DNA of 64,000 bases, taken from the NCBI RefSeq assembly GCF_018977255.1, contig NW_024704742.1, forward strand, positions 37,512,001-37,576,000. Direction: 5' to 3'. This document shows positions 61,501 to 64,000 of this stretch, one piece after another. Source of the DNA: Callorhinchus milii. Taxonomy: Eukaryota. Each line of letters starts with the position of its first letter. Position 1 is the first letter of the stretch. The notes under the pieces are model-generated. The model made no database searches and was not told where the DNA came from. It saw only the letters and a list, made by a program, of their open reading frames with translations. The position numbers and the translations under genes are program-made.

Positions 61501-64000
61501 TGTTTTAAAAGTGATTCCAGTCTAATACTTCAAAGTAAGTTAAGTGTGCAGGACAAGAACACATAAATATAAAATTTTCTCCCAGAGGAAGTTTGACTCG
61601 TTTTTTCTTCCATCCCGGAGATACGGTCCTCCTTTTCCTCATTTACACCCTCCCTCTTCAGGCACCAGTGGTTGCTTTGATCCACTAGGCCAGCGAAAGA
61701 GCTTGAGAGCTACAATCCTACAGTCAGTCCACTTATATTGAACATTTATGTTAACATGCTGCTTATATTGAAAAAAAAGTGAAGTTCCAGTTCCTTCTCC
61801 GCGCATTAATACTCAAAAATTACCATCTATGTTGATGTCGCCATAAACTCCAGTGCACTTATGTCGACAATTATTTAGGTTCCAAACAGTATTAAGGGCA
61901 TTGTTTCATTGCCACAATGTTGACAATGTACTCCTAAATTACTATTTTTTTTACTTACATGACTTTTTGTAAATAAATTAACTTTTTTTGTAAATAAGGT
62001 AACAAAATCTATCTAAATAAATGGTTCAGGAATTTTAATTCCGACTTTGTTTTTAAATAAATCAATGAAAGTACATGCAGTCAAACGGTACAGAAATTCC
62101 AATCACAGCAGAATACCCATTGTCCACTTGTGACCGCCTGTGTCGACAAACTGCCTCTGTTGACAAAACTCGAATGGTCCTGACATGTCAACGTAAGTGG
62201 GTAGGACTGTTTCTGTTTAATGAAATTCTGCATCATTTTCTTTCAGGATGACGGCCCTACGGCTCGAGACATAATCACGAGGTACACAACTGGCAAGAAA
62301 AACACAAAATACAAAAGAAAACTGGAAAAGGCCATGAAAGTTCTGAAAGTAAGCACATTACAGCAGACCTGTGTTGGGTAATAAAGTACATTTGTTAGTC
62401 ATGCATAGTGCAATGTGAAACTATTAATTTTTTAGTTTTATCAGTTAGTTAATACTGTAACATATCGTTTCTGAGGTACTTGCTCTGCACCTTATTAAAA
62501 TGAACTTAAAAGGAGGAATAATACAAAAGTGTAAAAATGTTCTAATTAAAGTGTGTTTTCATTGAGTTTGCTAAAGACAGGTGATGTAGGCATTTAGAAA
62601 CTTGACATTTGCATTTCTTATTAAAGGGGTTTGGTTGTCCTGAATTTCCGGCTTGCTCATGACAATTCTAGTATTTGTGATTCTAACCACTGTATCCTGG
62701 TGTTTATTGTCTGCTTAAAAATGTATACTTATTTTTTATACAGAAACATAAAAAGAAGAAACATCCTGAAGTGTTTAATTTTTCAGCAATTCATCTAATT
62801 CACGACCCACAAGGTACGAGATTGTGTTTTCTTTGACCTTCTGACAACAGGAAAAAATATTCATCCAATTTCCTGTAGCTGACCTCTTTGTGATTTGGTT
62901 ATTTGATTTTTGACTTTTGCAACAGGATAAGAACAATAGACTTTTCCTCACTAAATCTTCCTTGTGATAGAGAGATCCGATACAAGGGGACATAGGCCTC
63001 AAATCAGAATTAAGAAGGTTAGAACTGGACTCAGGAAGTATTTCTTCACACAGCAGGTTGTGAAAATGTGGAATGCTCTGCCCCAGAAAGCTGCAGAGAT
63101 AGAATCAGTAGGGAACTTTCTGGAAATCCCTATGGGGTATCAACAGATCTGCCAAGGTATAATACAATATAAATTTACACCTGGAGGACGTCCCAAGGCT
63201 CTTGACAGTCCATGCGTAGCACTTGAGCTGAGTGTGGGAGCCAAGGAGGCTGGGAGGGGAAAGATGATTGAAGATGTAGCCGAAGGGGTAGGTCTCGAGA
63301 CAGAGATTGAAAAAGGTGAGGGAGGAGCCCCAGACAAAGGAATTGGTCGGTTTGGAATGGTTTGAGGAGGTCGCAGAGGTAAGGTGGGGCAAGACCATGA
63401 GATCTAATAAACTGGTGGGACAGAATTGATTGGCAGAATCAATTGTTCCTGTGTTCCTATATTCCTAAAATCAATCTAGATGTTTCCTTCTAACAAAGAA
63501 ATCCATGTAGAAACTTTTGGTTATCTAGTGCTGTATTTTTCCTGACCTTGCATTCCTTGTGATTTGGCATAAATAACCAGTAGTTAGGACAGATCAGATG
63601 GTAACTTGCCTTATACTTTTGTTGCTTGGTGGTAGGTTGGGTCCAAGTGGAGAGAAGTGCTCCAAGCTAGCCAATGTGTACCTGAGAACGTTTGTCAATT
63701 CAAATGTGTAACAGAAATCCCTTATAGTGATAGTTCTGGGATGGATGAAGGCTTGTTTCTAACGATTGTATACAAATTGCTAAAACTGTACAGAAAACCG
63801 GTCAGTAGAACTCTTAAGTAAAAATTTAACAAAAGTAAAGGTTGGAGCCTCCCATGTTTTAGTAGAGTCCAATATTTTATATCATTTTGGCAACAGTTTT
63901 GAAAGAAGTGTAATAAAACTTTTAATTTGTTACAGATTTTGCAGAGAAACTTTTCAAACAGTTGGAAAGTTCCAAGGAAAGATTCGAAGTGAAAATGATG
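52394..64000 (+). CDS. SDAD1: Protein SDA1 homolog (60S ribosome biogenesis); 5' part, coding exons 1-11, truncated by the window end
   Basis: In-frame GT-AG exons encoding [65 protein letters not shown] and [19 protein letters not shown], all recognisable SDA1 motifs. Confidence 0.97.
52527..54562 (+). repeat. About 2-kb C/T-rich minisatellite with core CTCTCTGCCACCCT in SDAD1 intron 1
   Basis: Dozens of cores separated by variable C/T spacers. Confidence 0.97.
55089..55193 (+). CDS. SDAD1: SDAD1 exon 2
   Basis: ctcag|TTT...[17 protein letters not shown]...MFLAQ. Confidence 0.95.
55937..56035 (+). CDS. SDAD1: SDAD1 exon 3
   Basis: caacag|GTT...ATG|GTGAG; VAHCYP...PDLRM. Confidence 0.95.
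56465..56880. repeat. 66-bp inverted repeat (arms 56465-56530 and 56815-56880) enclosing a CR1 tail, in SDAD1 intron 3
   Basis: Hand alignment gives 60 of 66 identical. Confidence 0.9.
56995..57105 (+). CDS. SDAD1: SDAD1 exon 4
   Basis: ttttag|ACA...[20 protein letters not shown]...LLRQ. Confidence 0.95.
57198..57269 (+). CDS. SDAD1: SDAD1 exon 5
   Basis: tttaag|ATG...[20 protein letters not shown]...KVNT. Confidence 0.95.
57490..57905 (+). mobile_element. CR1 LINE 3' fragment in SDAD1 intron 5
   Basis: Matches the 3' end of 47850-49500; (ATTCTATG)2 tail. Confidence 0.85.
59142..59242 (+). CDS. SDAD1: SDAD1 exon 6
   Basis: tgtag|ACT...[18 protein letters not shown]...RNIW. Confidence 0.95.
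60118..60175 (+). CDS. SDAD1: SDAD1 exon 7
   Basis: tacag|G...[28 protein letters not shown]. Confidence 0.95.
60291..60716. mobile_element. Probable Tigger-like MITE
   Basis: TA|CAGTA start; partial terminal inverted repeats (CAGCTA...CGGACTC / GAGTCCG...TAGCTG). Confidence 0.45.
60788..61160 (+). mobile_element. tRNA-derived SINE, long subfamily, in SDAD1 intron 7
   Basis: Head, internal segment and tail match the other copies. Confidence 0.85.
61388..61459 (+). CDS. SDAD1: SDAD1 exon 8
   Basis: ttcag|ATC...[25 protein letters not shown]... Confidence 0.95.
61721..62209. mobile_element. Tc1/mariner (Tigger/pogo-like) non-autonomous element
   Basis: Left end TA|CAGTCAGTCCACTTATATTGAACAT versus reverse complement of the right end CAGTCCTACCCACTTACGTTGACAT; imperfect terminal inverted repeats. 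Confidence 0.6.
62247..62348 (+). CDS. SDAD1: SDAD1 exon 9
   Basis: ttcag|GAT...[17 protein letters not shown]...KAMKVLK. Confidence 0.95.
62744..62813 (+). CDS. SDAD1: SDAD1 exon 10
   Basis: tacag|AAA...[29 protein letters not shown]. Confidence 0.95.
63936..64000 (+). CDS. SDAD1: SDAD1 exon 11 (partial)
   Basis: tacag|[24 protein letters not shown], runs off the window. Confidence 0.93.

Noticed and set aside
52499..63935. Minor-spliceosome (U12) introns or intronic snoRNAs in SDAD1
   Set aside because: No GTATCCTT/ATATCCTT donors, and no convincing C/D or H/ACA layout by eye; an Rfam scan would be needed to exclude snoRNAs

Overview
This is eukaryotic (vertebrate) genomic DNA, not prokaryotic. 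The repeat content (tRNA-headed SINEs with L2-type tails, Deu-domain SINEs, many L2 and CR1 LINE 3' fragments) suggests a cartilaginous fish, possibly a chimaera; that assignment is inference. Three spliced protein-coding genes can be rebuilt by hand from splice sites and reading frames. (1) KLHL8, minus strand, 9 coding exons at 6772-24596, 634 aa from the first ATG, complete. (2) An uncharacterised 220-aa NAD(P)H-binding Rossmann-fold protein of the flavin reductase/BLVRB-like family, minus strand, 4 coding exons at 40032-44512, complete. (3) SDAD1, plus strand, the first 11 coding exons from 52394, running off the right edge. Almost all other ORFs in the supplied track are LINE fragments or simple-repeat artefacts. 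I found no CRISPR array, operon or other clear-cut new system. The best leads are: the intact BLVRB-like paralog with a changed active-site motif; a candidate distal KLHL8 promoter and GC-donor first exon that could give a shortened BTB domain; a competing poison splice donor and an overlapping uORF in KLHL8; long intronic inverted repeats (130 bp in KLHL8, 66 bp in SDAD1); a two-state hairpin upstream of SDAD1; and a young SINE subfamily whose tail matches the local L2 3' end. Exon coordinates were counted by hand; repeat boundaries are approximate.
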